The notes under the pieces are model-generated. The model was not told the DNA's origin and did not search any database. It saw only the letters and a list, made by a program, of their open reading frames with translations. From an uncultured Steroidobacteraceae bacterium (GTDB lineage: Bacteria; Pseudomonadota; Gammaproteobacteria; Steroidobacterales; Steroidobacteraceae), in NCBI GenBank assembly GCA_964455685.1, contig CAYVZE010000003.1, forward strand, positions 119-64,118: a stretch of 64,000 bases of DNA, read 5' to 3'. Both the position numbers and the translations under genes were made by a program. This document shows, in pieces, positions 1-9,663 of this stretch (positions are counted from its first letter, which is position 1; the number at the start of each line of letters is the position of its first letter).

Positions 1-2861
1 TGACCGAACTGGACGACGTGACCCGCATCGAGACCACCATCGCCGATGGCGTGGCGGTGGTCGCGGTGGAGTTCGAGGCCGACACCGACGCGGACCGCAA
101 GTTCGACGAGGTGACGCGCGAGGTCAATGCGCTGCGCCCCGGCCTGCCCGCTTCCATCCTGTCGCTGGAGGTCAAGCGCGCCGGCCCGACGCAGGTGAAC
201 ATCGTGCAGCTGGCGCTGGTGTCCGACGATGCGCCCTACCGCGAGCTGGAAGAGGCAGCACGCGACCTCGAGGACGTGCTCAAGGGCGTGGATGGCGTGC
301 GTGGCACCGATTCCTGGGCCTATCCGAAGCGCGAACTCAGGGTGCAGCTCGACCCGGCGCGCATGCAGCGGCTGGGCGTGACGCCGCAGCAGGTGGGCGA
401 GGCCATCCGCGCCACCAACTCCAGCGTGCCGGCGGGCGTGGTGGACCTGGGGCCGCGCAGTTTCAGCGTGCAGACCGGTGGCGGTTACGAAAGCATCGAG
501 GAACTGCGCGCCACCGTGGTGCGCGTGGCCAATGGCCTGCCGGTGCGCGTTGGCGACGTGGCCGACGTCTTCTGGGCGGAGGCCCAGCACACGCACATCG
601 GCCGCTTCAACGGCGAGCGGGCGGTATTCGTCACTGCCACGCAGAAGCCCGGCTACAACATCCTCGACGTGCAGGAGCGCCTGGATGCCGCGCTGGATGA
701 CTTCGAGAAGGTGCTGCCGGCGCGCATCCGGCTGGAACGCGGCTTCGCGCAGAGCCGCAACGTCTCGGCGCGGCTGGCGCGCCTGTACACCGACTTCAGC
801 ATCGCCATCGGCCTGGTGCTGCTGACCCTGCTGCCGCTGGGCCTGCGCGCGGCCGGCATCGTGATGGTGGCCGTGCCGCTGTCCATGGCCATCGGCATGG
901 GCTCGCTGTACATGCTGGGTTACTCGCTGAACCAGATCACCATCGCCGGCTTCGTGCTGTCACTGGGCCTGCTGGTGGACGACTCCATCGTGGTGGTGGA
1001 GAACATCGCCCGCCACCTGCGCATGGGCCACTCGCGCATGGAGGCGGCGCTGCTCGGCACCAGGCAGATCCTGCAGGCGCTGCTGGGCTGCACCGCCGCC
1101 ATGGTGCTGGCCTTCGTGCCGCTGGCCGCCATGCCGGGCATCCCCGGCAATTTCATCCGCGTGCTGCCGGTCACCATCATCTCCACGGTGCTGGGCTCGC
1201 TGTTCGTGGCGGTGTTCTTCATCCCCTTCATTGCCAGCCGCGTACTCTCCACCCGCGAGGAGGAGGGCGGCTCGCTGCACGAGAAGCTGCTGGAACGGGT
1301 GATGGGCGCCATCCACCGCTACTACCGGCCGGCGCTGCACTACTGCCTGGCGCGGCCGCGCACCACGGTGGTGGTTTCGATCGGCGGTGCGCTGCTGCTG
1401 ACCGCGGGCATGGTGATGGTGGTAGGCACCAGCCTGTTCCCCAAGGCCGACACGCCGCAATTCCTGGTCACCATCAGCACGCCCACCGGCAGCAGCCTGG
1501 CGGAGACCGACCGCGCGCTGCGCTTCGCCGAGGACGCGCTGCGCCGCCGCCCCGAGGTACAGACGGTGTTCTCCAACCTCGGCCATGGCAACCCGCAGAT
1601 CTATTACAACCACCTGGTCACCAACGACGCGCCCAACCGCGCCGAGATCTTCGTGCTGCTGAAGGATTACGACCCGCGGCGCACGCCGCGCTTGCTCGAT
1701 GAGCTGCGCAGCGAGTTCAAGGCCTACCCGGGCGCGAAGATCGCCGTGCACGAGTTCGTGCAGGGCGAACCGCTGTCGGCGCCGGTGGCGGTGCGCATCA
1801 TCGGCGAGGACCTTGGCCAGCTCGAGGAACTGGCCAGGCAGGTGGAAGCGCTGGTCGAGAGCGTTCCGGGCACGCGCGACGTGAACAACCCGCTGCGCAT
1901 CGCGCGCACCAACCTCGAGCTCAAGCCCGACCCGGTGAAGGCCGCGATGCTGGGCGTGCCGATGTCGGTCTTCGACCAGGCGCTGCGCCTGGCGCTGGCC
2001 GGCCAGGCCGTGGGCGCATTCCGGGCCGACGACGGTGAGCAGTACGACATCGTGCTGCGCTCGGCGACCGGCGATCGCGCCGACTGGCGCACGCTCACCG
2101 AGGCGCGCGTACCCACGCTCACCGGACAGCTGCTGCCGGTTGAACAGCTGGCCGAACTGCGCTTTGCCGAGGCGCCCACGCGCATCCAGCGCTTCAACCG
2201 CGAGCGCGTGGTCACCATCGACGCCGAAGTGGTCAATGGCTACAACACCGCCGAGGTGACGCGCGCCGTGGTCGAGAAGCTCGATGGCTTCGACTGGCCG
2301 CGCGGCTACCGCTACCTGCTCGGCGGCGAGGCCGAGGCCAGCGCCAAGGCATTCGGCGGCATCGGCATTGCCATCATCGTGGCGCTGTTCGGCATCTTCG
2401 CCATCCTGGTTCTGGAATTCGGCGACTTCCGCTCCACGCTGATCGTCCTCACGGTGGTGCCGCTGGGCGCCATGGGCGGAATCCTGATGCTGCTGCTGAC
2501 CGGCTACACGCTGTCGTTCACTGCCGCGGTGGGCCTGGTGGCACTGGTGGGCATCGAGATCAAGAACTCCATCCTGCTGGTCGACTTCACCAACCAGCTG
2601 CGCGAGCAGGGCATGCCGCTGGACGAGGCCATCGAGCAGGCTGGCGAGATCCGCTTCCTGCCCATCCTCCTGACCTCGGCCACGGCCATCGGCGGCCTGC
2701 TGGTGCTGGCGGTGCAGGGCTCAGGGCTGTACTCGCCCATGGCCTGGACCATCATCGGCGGCCTGATCGCCTCCACGCTGCTGGCGCGGCTGGTGACGCC
2801 GGTGGTGTACAAGCTGCTGCCGCCCGCGATTTCCGCCCAATCGCCCGCCGCGGATCGATAG
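1..2861 (+). CDS. RND-family (AcrB/AcrD/AcrF-type) efflux permease, 5'-truncated by the window edge
   Basis: ORF 18..2861 stays open in frame back to nt 3 (..TELDDV..), so roughly 90 N-terminal residues lie upstream of the window. About 950 aa with large periplasmic loops and TM bundles. Typical RND strings are present (NQITIAGFVLSLGLLVDDSIVVVENI; GIEIKNSILLVDF). Confidence 0.85.
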   Translation, partial: TELDDVTRIETTIADGVAVVAVEFEADTDADRKFDEVTREVNALRPGLPASILSLEVKRAGPTQVNIVQLALVSDDAPYRELEEAARDLEDVLKGVDGVRGTDSWAYPKRELRVQLDPARMQRLGVTPQQVGEAIRATNSSVPAGVVDLGPRSFSVQTGGGYESIEELRATVVRVANGLPVRVGDVADVFWAEAQHTHIGRFNGERAVFVTATQKPGYNILDVQERLDAALDDFEKVLPARIRLERGFAQSRNVSARLARLYTDFSIAIGLVLLTLLPLGLRAAGIVMVAVPLSMAIGMGSLYMLGYSLNQITIAGFVLSLGLLVDDSIVVVENIARHLRMGHSRMEAALLGTRQILQALLGCTAAMVLAFVPLAAMPGIPGNFIRVLPVTIISTVLGSLFVAVFFIPFIASRVLSTREEEGGSLHEKLLERVMGAIHRYYRPALHYCLARPRTTVVVSIGGALLLTAGMVMVVGTSLFPKADTPQFLVTISTPTGSSLAETDRALRFAEDALRRRPEVQTVFSNLGHGNPQIYYNHLVTNDAPNRAEIFVLLKDYDPRRTPRLLDELRSEFKAYPGAKIAVHEFVQGEPLSAPVAVRIIGEDLGQLEELARQVEALVESVPGTRDVNNPLRIARTNLELKPDPVKAAMLGVPMSVFDQALRLALAGQAVGAFRADDGEQYDIVLRSATGDRADWRTLTEARVPTLTGQLLPVEQLAELRFAEAPTRIQRFNRERVVTIDAEVVNGYNTAEVTRAVVEKLDGFDWPRGYRYLLGGEAEASAKAFGGIGIAIIVALFGIFAILVLEFGDFRSTLIVLTVVPLGAMGGILMLLLTGYTLSFTAAVGLVALVGIEIKNSILLVDFTNQLREQGMPLDEAIEQAGEIRFLPILLTSATAIGGLLVLAVQGSGLYSPMAWTIIGGLIASTLLARLVTPVVYKLLPPAISAQSPAADR

Positions 2862-2870
2862 AATCGGCCT

Positions 2871-3782
2871 ATGGCCGACCTGAAGCTCAAGGACCTGCGC
2901 TACCTGGTGGCCCTGGCCGACACCCGCCACTTCGGCCAGGCAGCGGCGCGCTGCTACGTGAGCCAGCCCACCTTGTCGGCGCAGGTCAAGAAGCTCGAGC
3001 AATACCTCGGCGTGCAGCTGATCGAGCGGCACCCGCGGCGCATTGCGCTCACCGAGACCGGCGCGCAGGTGGTGGCCCGGGCAAGACGCATCATCGAAGC
3101 CAGCGACGAGATCGTCACACTGGCGGAAACGCGACGCGACCCGCTGGCCGGCCGCCTGCGCATGGCCCTGCTGCCGACAGTGGGCCCGTACCTGCTGCCG
3201 CTGGTGGCGCCGAAGATCCGCAAGAAGCTGCCGCGCCTGGAGCTGCTGCTGTATGAGTACCAGACCGGCCCCATGCTCGATCACCTGCAGGCCGGCGACA
3301 TCGATCTCGGCATCCTCGCTTTGCCTGTACCCTCAGAGGGCATGAACGAACTGACGCTGTTCGACGAGCCCTTCGTGGTGGCGGTGCCCGAGACGCACGA
3401 GCTGGCGAAGAAGCGCCACGTGAAGCCCGCGGACCTCAATGGCGGGACGCTGCTGCTGCTGGAGGACGGCCACTGCCTGCGCGAGCAGGCGCTGGACATC
3501 TGCTCGCGCATCGACGCGCAGGAGAAGCAGGATTTCCGCGCCACCTCGCTGGAGACACTGCGGCAGATGGTGGCCGCCGGCAGCGGCATCACGCTGCTGC
3601 CGCAGCTGGCCAGCCAGGGCGCCTACGGCAATGCGCGCGGCGTGGCGATCGTGCCCTTCGCGCCGCCGGCCCCGGTGCGCCACGTGGGCGCGCTGTGGCG
3701 CAAGACCTCGGCGCGCGGCGCGGCCATCGAGGCCGTCTGCGAGGTGATCGCCGAGACTGCGATCAGGCAGGTCGGCGCGTGA
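2871..3782 (+). CDS. oxyR: LysR-family hydrogen-peroxide sensor/regulator OxyR
   Basis: ATG at 2871. Collinear with E. coli OxyR as recalled: LRYLVALADTRHFGQAA..CYVSQPTLS wHTH, LLPTVGPYLLP, the redox cysteine context LLEDGHCLREQALDIC, and FRATSLETLRQMVAAGSGITLLP. Confidence 0.85.
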   Translation: MADLKLKDLRYLVALADTRHFGQAAARCYVSQPTLSAQVKKLEQYLGVQLIERHPRRIALTETGAQVVARARRIIEASDEIVTLAETRRDPLAGRLRMALLPTVGPYLLPLVAPKIRKKLPRLELLLYEYQTGPMLDHLQAGDIDLGILALPVPSEGMNELTLFDEPFVVAVPETHELAKKRHVKPADLNGGTLLLLEDGHCLREQALDICSRIDAQEKQDFRATSLETLRQMVAAGSGITLLPQLASQGAYGNARGVAIVPFAPPAPVRHVGALWRKTSARGAAIEAVCEVIAETAIRQVGA

Positions 3783-5032
3783 ACGATGCCGCCGAAGTTT
3801 CGGCTTACGACCGGCTGGTATGGCCGGAAGGCAAGCTGGAACATTGGCTGGCCACGGGCGAACACCGGCGCGAGCTGGTGGCCTACTTCGGCGAAGTCGA
3901 GTACGTGCGGCTGCGCGCGCTGGCGGTGGCTGCCGCCGCCGCGACGCAGGATCCGGACAGGATGGTGTGGTACGTGCCAGGCATCATGGGCACGCAGCTG
4001 GCGCTGCCGCGCGCACCGCCGCTGCCGGACAACCTGCTCTGGCTCGATCCCACCGACATCCACCACGGCCGGCTGGAACTGCTGAAGCTGCCCGGCGAGA
4101 CGCTCGTCACCGCCGGCCCCGTGCTGTACACGTGGCTGCCGCTGAAGCTGGCGCTGAACATCGCCGGCTACACCGTGCGATGCCTTTCCTACGACTGGCG
4201 CCTGGACCTCGACGAGGCGACGCTGCAGCTGGCGCGCGCCATCGAGGACTGCCCCGCGCGCGAGATCAGCATCATCGGCCACAGCATGGGCGGGCTCGTC
4301 GGCCGCGCGGTGCTGCGCACCGGGGCCGGCGATCGCGTGCGCCGGGTGGTCACGCTGGGCACGCCGCACCGCGGCTCCTTCGCGCCGGTGCAGGCCGTGC
4401 GCGGCGTGTACCCGCTGGTGCGCCGGCTGGCGCAGATCGATCCGCTGCACTCGCCCGAGGCACTGTCGCGCGAGGTGTTCGCGAGCTTCTACAGCCTCTA
4501 CCAGATGCTGCCGCGCGACCTGAAGCCGGACCTGCTCGATCCGGCCCAGTGGCCTTCCACCGGACCGCAGCCCAATGCCACGCTGCTGGCGCGCGCCATG
4601 CTGTTCGACCCCGGCCCGGCGGACCAGCGCATCGACGCCATCGCCGGGCATGGCTTCCTGACCACTACGCACGCCGCGCCGGTGGGCGGGGAGTTCTGGT
4701 ACCGCTACGACTACGGCGGCGACGGCACGGTGCCGCAGGCGCGCGCCACCGTGGAAGGCTGCCGCGCGTGGTACTGCGAGGTGGCGCACAACGAGCTGCC
4801 CCGCGATGAGGAGGTGCAGGCCGCGGTGATCGCCCTGCTCTCCGGCGGCCTGCCGGCGCTTGCGGATCATGCCCCGGCGCGCCACGATGAGCCGGTCAGC
4901 ACCACCGACACCCAGCTGCGCACGCAGCTCAACCACAAGCTCGACTGGATGCACATGGACCTGGACCAGCGGCGCAAATTCCTGGATTCACTGAACGCCC
5001 CGCCGCCCTCGGCGAGGCTGTCACGGGCCTGA
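3779..5032 (+). CDS. alpha/beta-hydrolase, lipase/LCAT(PGAP1)-like
   Basis: In-frame GTG at 3779 overlaps the oxyR TGA (GTGA). The longer ORF start at 3695 would lie inside oxyR. Ser-Asp-His triad in the expected order: nucleophile elbow IIGHSMGG, then GGDGTVP, then EVAHNEL. Confidence 0.6.
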   Translation: MNDAAEVSAYDRLVWPEGKLEHWLATGEHRRELVAYFGEVEYVRLRALAVAAAAATQDPDRMVWYVPGIMGTQLALPRAPPLPDNLLWLDPTDIHHGRLELLKLPGETLVTAGPVLYTWLPLKLALNIAGYTVRCLSYDWRLDLDEATLQLARAIEDCPAREISIIGHSMGGLVGRAVLRTGAGDRVRRVVTLGTPHRGSFAPVQAVRGVYPLVRRLAQIDPLHSPEALSREVFASFYSLYQMLPRDLKPDLLDPAQWPSTGPQPNATLLARAMLFDPGPADQRIDAIAGHGFLTTTHAAPVGGEFWYRYDYGGDGTVPQARATVEGCRAWYCEVAHNELPRDEEVQAAVIALLSGGLPALADHAPARHDEPVSTTDTQLRTQLNHKLDWMHMDLDQRRKFLDSLNAPPPSARLSRA

Positions 5033-5035
5033 GCC

Positions 5036-5566
5036 ATGCGCCGCTACAAGGCCTTCCGCTTCTGCATGCTGGTGGGCGCGGCCGCGCTGCTGGCAGTGGC
5101 GCTGTACTACTTCATCAACTATGCCGTGGTGCTCGACGTGGCGCTGTCCAACAGCAGCCTGCGCACCGACCTCGCGGCGTCGGTGCGGGCGCTGTGGCTG
5201 GCCTTCGGTGCCCAGGCGCTGCTGATCGCGCTGCTGTACGCACTGGTGGCCTTCCGCCCGCCGGCGGTGTCGCGCGAGGTGATCGTGCTGCTCGGACTGC
5301 TGCAGATCTTCGAGGCCACGCTGCTGTTCACCTTCTCGGGCAACATGTGGATGATGGTGGCGCTGGTGGGCGCGGCGGTGTTCGTGCTGGCCGGTGCATT
5401 GCTGTGGCCCGGCACCTGGCCGCTGCCCGTGCCGGAGTCACCGGCGCCCGTTTCCGTTGGCGGGGACACCGGCGCGGACGCGGCCTTGCAGGACACCCTT
5501 CCCGCCGTGGAGTCCACGCCCGCGCCTTCCGCCCCGGAGACCGCCGCGGGCAACGAGCCGCGCTGA
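5036..5566 (+). CDS. hypothetical integral membrane protein with Pro/Ala-rich C-terminal tail
   Basis: ATG 3 nt after the previous stop. About four hydrophobic helices (LVGAAALLAVALYYF, ALWLAFGAQALLIALLYALVAF, VIVLLGLLQIFEATLLFTF, MMVALVGAAVFVLAGALLW). No recognisable motif. Confidence 0.45.
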   Translation: MRRYKAFRFCMLVGAAALLAVALYYFINYAVVLDVALSNSSLRTDLAASVRALWLAFGAQALLIALLYALVAFRPPAVSREVIVLLGLLQIFEATLLFTFSGNMWMMVALVGAAVFVLAGALLWPGTWPLPVPESPAPVSVGGDTGADAALQDTLPAVESTPAPSAPETAAGNEPR

Positions 5567-5625
5567 CCAGCGCAGGCCCGCGCCGGAGGTGGCGGACCTG
5601 CCGCGAGCCCGCGCTGCGCCTGCCG

Positions 5626-7401
5626 TCAGACCAGTTCCGACGGCACGTCTGCCACGCTGCCGGCACCGCCCTTGACGATGCGCGCCAGCCCCAGCACTTC
5701 CGGCAGCACCTGCTCGGCGTAGAACCGGCAGCTCACCAGCTTGCCGCGGTAGAACTCGTCGTCGCCCTTGCCCAGCGAGGCCTCGGCCACCGCCGCGGCG
5801 CGCGCCATCAGCGCACCGCTGATCGCCAGCCCGCACAGCTTCAGGTACGGCACCGACACCGACAGCACCAGCTGCGGCCGCTCCGCCTGCATCTGCAGCA
5901 GCGCATCGGTGGTGTCGCGCAGCGTGGTGACGGCCTCGGTGGCCGCGTTGCGCGCCGCCTTGGCTTCGGGCCCCAGCGAACGCAGGCCGTTGAGCTCCGC
6001 CAGCAGGTCGCGCAGCAGCGCCTGCATGGTCGCGCCGCGGTCACGGCCCAGCTTGCGGTTCACCAGGTCATTGGACTGGATGCCCGTGGTGCCCTCGTAG
6101 ATCGAGGCGATGCGCACGTCGCGCAATGGCTGCGCCGCGCCGGTTTCCTCCACGTAGCCCATGCCGCCGTGGATCTGCATGCCCAGCGAGGTCACCTCGA
6201 AGCCGGTCTCGGTGCACCAGCCCTTGACGATGGGGATCATCAGCTCGGCGCGCGCCAGCGCCGCCTTGCGCGCCGCCTCGTCGGGCAGGCGCGTGCCCTT
6301 GTCCAGCTCCAGCGCCGCGCAGGCGCACAGCAGGCGCATGGCCTCGGTGCGCGACCTCATGCCCAGCAGCATGCGGCGTACGTCGGGGTGTTCGATGATG
6401 GCCACCGGCGAGGGCTTGCCCTCGACGCGGCCCTGCAGGCGCGTGCGCGCCCACTCGCGCGCCCCCTGCAGCGCGCGCTCGGACTGCGCCAGTCCCTGCG
6501 CGCCCACCGACAGGCGCGCGGCGTTCATCATGATGAACATGAACGACAGTCCCGCGTTCGGCGGACCCAGCAGGTATCCGATCGCGCCTTCCTTCTCGCC
6601 GAAGCTCATCACGCACGTCGGGCTGGCGTGGATGCCCATCTTGTGCTCGATGGAGATGCAGCGCACATCGTTGCGCTCGCCCAGCGAACCGTCGGCGTTG
6701 ACCAGGAACTTCGGCACCAGGAACAACGAGATGCCCTTGGTGCCTTCCGGCGCGCCGTCGATGCGCGCCAGTACCAGGTGGATGATGTTCTCCGACAGGT
6801 CGTGGTCGCCGTAGGTGATGAAGATCTTCTGGCCGTACAGGCGGTAGCGGTCACCATCGGCCACTGCGCGCGTGCGCAGCAGGCCGAGGTCGGAACCGGC
6901 CTGCGGCTCGGTGAGGTTCATCGTGCCCATCCACTCGCCGCTGACCAGCTTGGGCAGGTACAGCGCCTTCTGCGCCTCGGTGGCCGAGGCTTCAATGGCC
7001 TCCACCGCGCCGCGCGCCAGCGAAGTGCCCAGGAAGAAGGCCATGTTCGAGGCGAACATGATCTCCTCGAAGGCCGAGTTCAGCAGCTGCGGCATGCCCT
7101 GGCCGCCCAGCTCCTGCGGGACGGCCAGCTGCGTCCAGCCAGCCTCGGCGTACGCCCGGTAGGCCTCGGGGAAGCCCTTGGGCGTGAAGACCCCCTCGGG
7201 GGTCCAGCGGGCGCCTTCCCGGTCACCGCTGGCATTGAGGGGTGCGAGCACGGTTTCGCCGAACTTCGCCGCCTCTTCGAGGATGTTGTCGGCAAGTTCC
7301 GCCGAATAGCCAATATCCTCGTAGAGCGGGCCGAGTGCGGCCTCGCTGCCGAGGATTTCGTGGAGGACGAAGCGCAGTTCGCGAAGGGGAGCCTGGTACA
7401 T
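5626..7401 (-). CDS. large acyl-CoA dehydrogenase (about 590 aa class with extra C-terminal domain)
   Basis: The first M of the listed ORF is a TTG. The ATG at 7401..7399 shares one nt with the upstream LysR stop (TGATG). Typical ACAD strings: GTMNLTEPQAGSDL, YGQKIFITYGDHD, IHGGMGYVEETG, RIASIYEGTTGIQ. Confidence 0.85.
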   Translation of the reverse strand: MYQAPLRELRFVLHEILGSEAALGPLYEDIGYSAELADNILEEAAKFGETVLAPLNASGDREGARWTPEGVFTPKGFPEAYRAYAEAGWTQLAVPQELGGQGMPQLLNSAFEEIMFASNMAFFLGTSLARGAVEAIEASATEAQKALYLPKLVSGEWMGTMNLTEPQAGSDLGLLRTRAVADGDRYRLYGQKIFITYGDHDLSENIIHLVLARIDGAPEGTKGISLFLVPKFLVNADGSLGERNDVRCISIEHKMGIHASPTCVMSFGEKEGAIGYLLGPPNAGLSFMFIMMNAARLSVGAQGLAQSERALQGAREWARTRLQGRVEGKPSPVAIIEHPDVRRMLLGMRSRTEAMRLLCACAALELDKGTRLPDEAARKAALARAELMIPIVKGWCTETGFEVTSLGMQIHGGMGYVEETGAAQPLRDVRIASIYEGTTGIQSNDLVNRKLGRDRGATMQALLRDLLAELNGLRSLGPEAKAARNAATEAVTTLRDTTDALLQMQAERPQLVLSVSVPYLKLCGLAISGALMARAAAVAEASLGKGDDEFYRGKLVSCRFYAEQVLPEVLGLARIVKGGAGSVADVPSELV

Positions 7402-8339
7402 CAATCTGCCTTATGCGCCGCAGGGCGCGCGGATGGACCACCGTCCGCCCCGGCCAGCGCCGGGACGATGTTGGCGGCGAGAAAGTCGATGAATGCGCGC
7501 ACCTCGGGCGCCTGCGCGCGGTGGGACGGCGCCACGGCCGTGAGCTCGACCGCGTCGGCCACCTGCCACTGCGGCAGCAGTCGCACCAGTCGTTTCATGG
7601 CGAGGCCATTGCGGCACATGAACTCGGGCAGTGCGCCGATGCCCAGGCCCGCGGCCACCGCCGCGTGCAGCGCGGTGAGGTCCTGGGCCACCAGCCGCGG
7701 CGTGCCAGGCACCGTGACCAGCCCGCCATCCTTGGCCAGCCTCAAGGTGGCATCGGGGCCGGCGCCGGCCCACAGCAGCGCATGTTGCGCCAGCTCGCTG
7801 GGGGACTGGGGCAGGTTCTTGCCGGCGAGATACTGGGGGGAAGCGCACAGGATCATCGGCGGCACCCCCAGGGCACTGGCCACCTCGCCGTCGGCCAGGC
7901 GGCCGTCGGTGCGCAACTCCACGTCGAAGCCACCGGCGGCGGCCTCGTCGGCGTTCAGCAGCCTCAGGGTGACGCCCGGGAAGCGCTCGAGGAAGCGGGG
8001 CACCAGCGGCCCTACCAGCAGCCGGCCGAAGCCCTGGTCGATGGCCACCTTCAGCTGGGCGCCCTCGGACACCGGTTGCAGCGCGGCACGGGCGGCCTCG
8101 ACCTCGAGGGCCACCCGCTGGCAGTGCCCCAGGATGCTCTTGCCGGCGTCGGTCAGGGCGATGCGGCGGGTGGTGCGCTCCAGCAGCCGGGCGCCCAGTG
8201 CCCGCTCCAGGGACGCCACGGCGCGGCTGACGCGGACCTTGGGAACCTTCAGCCGCCGGGCGGCCGCCGTGAAGCCGTTGTGCTCGACTACCTGGGCAAA
8301 TACGGCCATCTCATCGGCAATCATCGGTGAGTGGTTCAT
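7401..8339 (-). CDS. LysR-family transcriptional regulator, translationally coupled to the acyl-CoA dehydrogenase
   Basis: The real start is taken as ATG 8339 (MNHSPMIADEMAVFAQVVEHNGFTAAARRLKVPKVRVSRAVASLE = LysR wHTH). The 605-aa listed ORF is an upstream extension running antisense through the next gene. Confidence 0.85.
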   Translation of the reverse strand: MNHSPMIADEMAVFAQVVEHNGFTAAARRLKVPKVRVSRAVASLERALGARLLERTTRRIALTDAGKSILGHCQRVALEVEAARAALQPVSEGAQLKVAIDQGFGRLLVGPLVPRFLERFPGVTLRLLNADEAAAGGFDVELRTDGRLADGEVASALGVPPMILCASPQYLAGKNLPQSPSELAQHALLWAGAGPDATLRLAKDGGLVTVPGTPRLVAQDLTALHAAVAAGLGIGALPEFMCRNGLAMKRLVRLLPQWQVADAVELTAVAPSHRAQAPEVRAFIDFLAANIVPALAGADGGPSARPAAHKAD

Positions 8340-8456
8340 TGTCCGCACCAATCCCCCAGTGTTTCCCTGAAATTGTAGCCCCTGGTGCATGGAGTTCGCA
8401 GCCCTGCGGCCTGCGTCACGGCAGTTGACCTGTCTCCTTACGCAGACTGCTTGATC

Positions 8457-9662
8457 ATGAGCGGCGCGACCGATACCACCATCAAGACCTTGCGTACGAA
8501 AGTCGCAGAGTCCGCGCTTGCCCTGGGCGAAGTGCTGTCGGGCTGCAACGTGCTCAGGATGTCCATCCATGACGCCACCGGAGCCACGGCGTGGAATGGT
8601 GGCGCGCCGCTGACGGCGGCCGAACACGACTTCCTGCTCGACGCACTGGACTGCTTCGCGCTCGAGCCGGCCCGCGCCATGGTCGAGCAGGCCGGCGAGG
8701 ACGGTGTCGGACTGGCCGCGTTCGCGGCACGCGATCCGCGCGGCGCCTTGCATGGCGCCCTGCTGCTGCAGGCCGAGCTGGTGACGCTGAACGGACGCCC
8801 CGGCGACCGGCAGATGCCCGGGCATGGTGACCGGCTGCTGCGACAGCTGGCGCTGCGGCTGGCTGATGGCGCCCCGCGGGTCAGCTCCAAGGCCGCCACC
8901 GCCGGCTTCAACGACAGTTCGCTGACGCTCTACGTGCAGCAGCTGCAGAAGCTGGGCGCCAACGGCCGCACGCGCCGCTTCGAGGTGCTGTTGCGGACCC
9001 GCGATTCGGCCTCCGGTGAGCCGGTGCTGCCGAAGGACCTGATCGCCGAGGCCGAGGATCCGGAGTCGGCCGGCCACCTCGACCGCGCGGTGCTGGGCGA
9101 GCTGTGCCGCTGGCTGATCGAGAACCGCGCCCAGTTCGACGTGGAGCCGGCCGCCTTCTCGATCAACCTCTCCACCGGCGCGCTGCTGGACGAAACCTTC
9201 CCCGCCTTCGTCGCACACACACTGCGCGAGGCGCGCCTGAACCCCCGCCTGATCGGCTTCGAGGTACGTGAATCACAGTGCCGCGAGCACTTCGGCGCCG
9301 TGCAGCGCTTCCTCGAGCGCTGCGAGGAGATCGGCTGCCACGCCGTGATCGACGACTTCACGTTCCACTCCGACGTGCTGGAGCTGCTGCGCGCCCGCGC
9401 TGTGCGCATGCTGAAGATCTGCCCCTCGCTGACGCTGGACGGGCTGGCCGACAAGGTGTCGCAGGCGCAGGTGGCGGCCATCTCGCACGGGTCGCGCGTA
9501 CTGGGCATCCACAGCGCTGCCAAGCGCATCGAGTCGGCCAAGGTGCGCCAGTGGCTGGCCGCCGCCGGCGTGGAGTTCGCCCAGGGCTACCTGCTGGAGA
9601 GCCCGATTCCGCTGTCCGAGCTCGGCGCGGCACGCATGGCCACGCCGTACACCCGGCGCTGA
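8457..9662 (+). CDS. EAL-domain protein (c-di-GMP phosphodiesterase-like or receptor) with uncharacterised N-terminal domain
   Basis: The C-terminal about 250 aa carry EAL-domain landmarks: RFEVLLR (EVL variant of EAL), FSINLS, GFEVRES, VIDDFT, LKICPS, AQGYLL. ATG 8457 is preferred over the GTG at 8385; the start is uncertain. Confidence 0.65.
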   Translation: MSGATDTTIKTLRTKVAESALALGEVLSGCNVLRMSIHDATGATAWNGGAPLTAAEHDFLLDALDCFALEPARAMVEQAGEDGVGLAAFAARDPRGALHGALLLQAELVTLNGRPGDRQMPGHGDRLLRQLALRLADGAPRVSSKAATAGFNDSSLTLYVQQLQKLGANGRTRRFEVLLRTRDSASGEPVLPKDLIAEAEDPESAGHLDRAVLGELCRWLIENRAQFDVEPAAFSINLSTGALLDETFPAFVAHTLREARLNPRLIGFEVRESQCREHFGAVQRFLERCEEIGCHAVIDDFTFHSDVLELLRARAVRMLKICPSLTLDGLADKVSQAQVAAISHGSRVLGIHSAAKRIESAKVRQWLAAAGVEFAQGYLLESPIPLSELGAARMATPYTRR

Positions 9663-9663
9663 A

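Noticed and set aside
5194-8370. 1058-aa plus-strand ORF.
   Set aside because: It runs antisense to the well-supported acyl-CoA dehydrogenase and LysR genes. Its Arg/Ala/Gly-rich, low-complexity translation is typical of high-G+C shadow ORFs.
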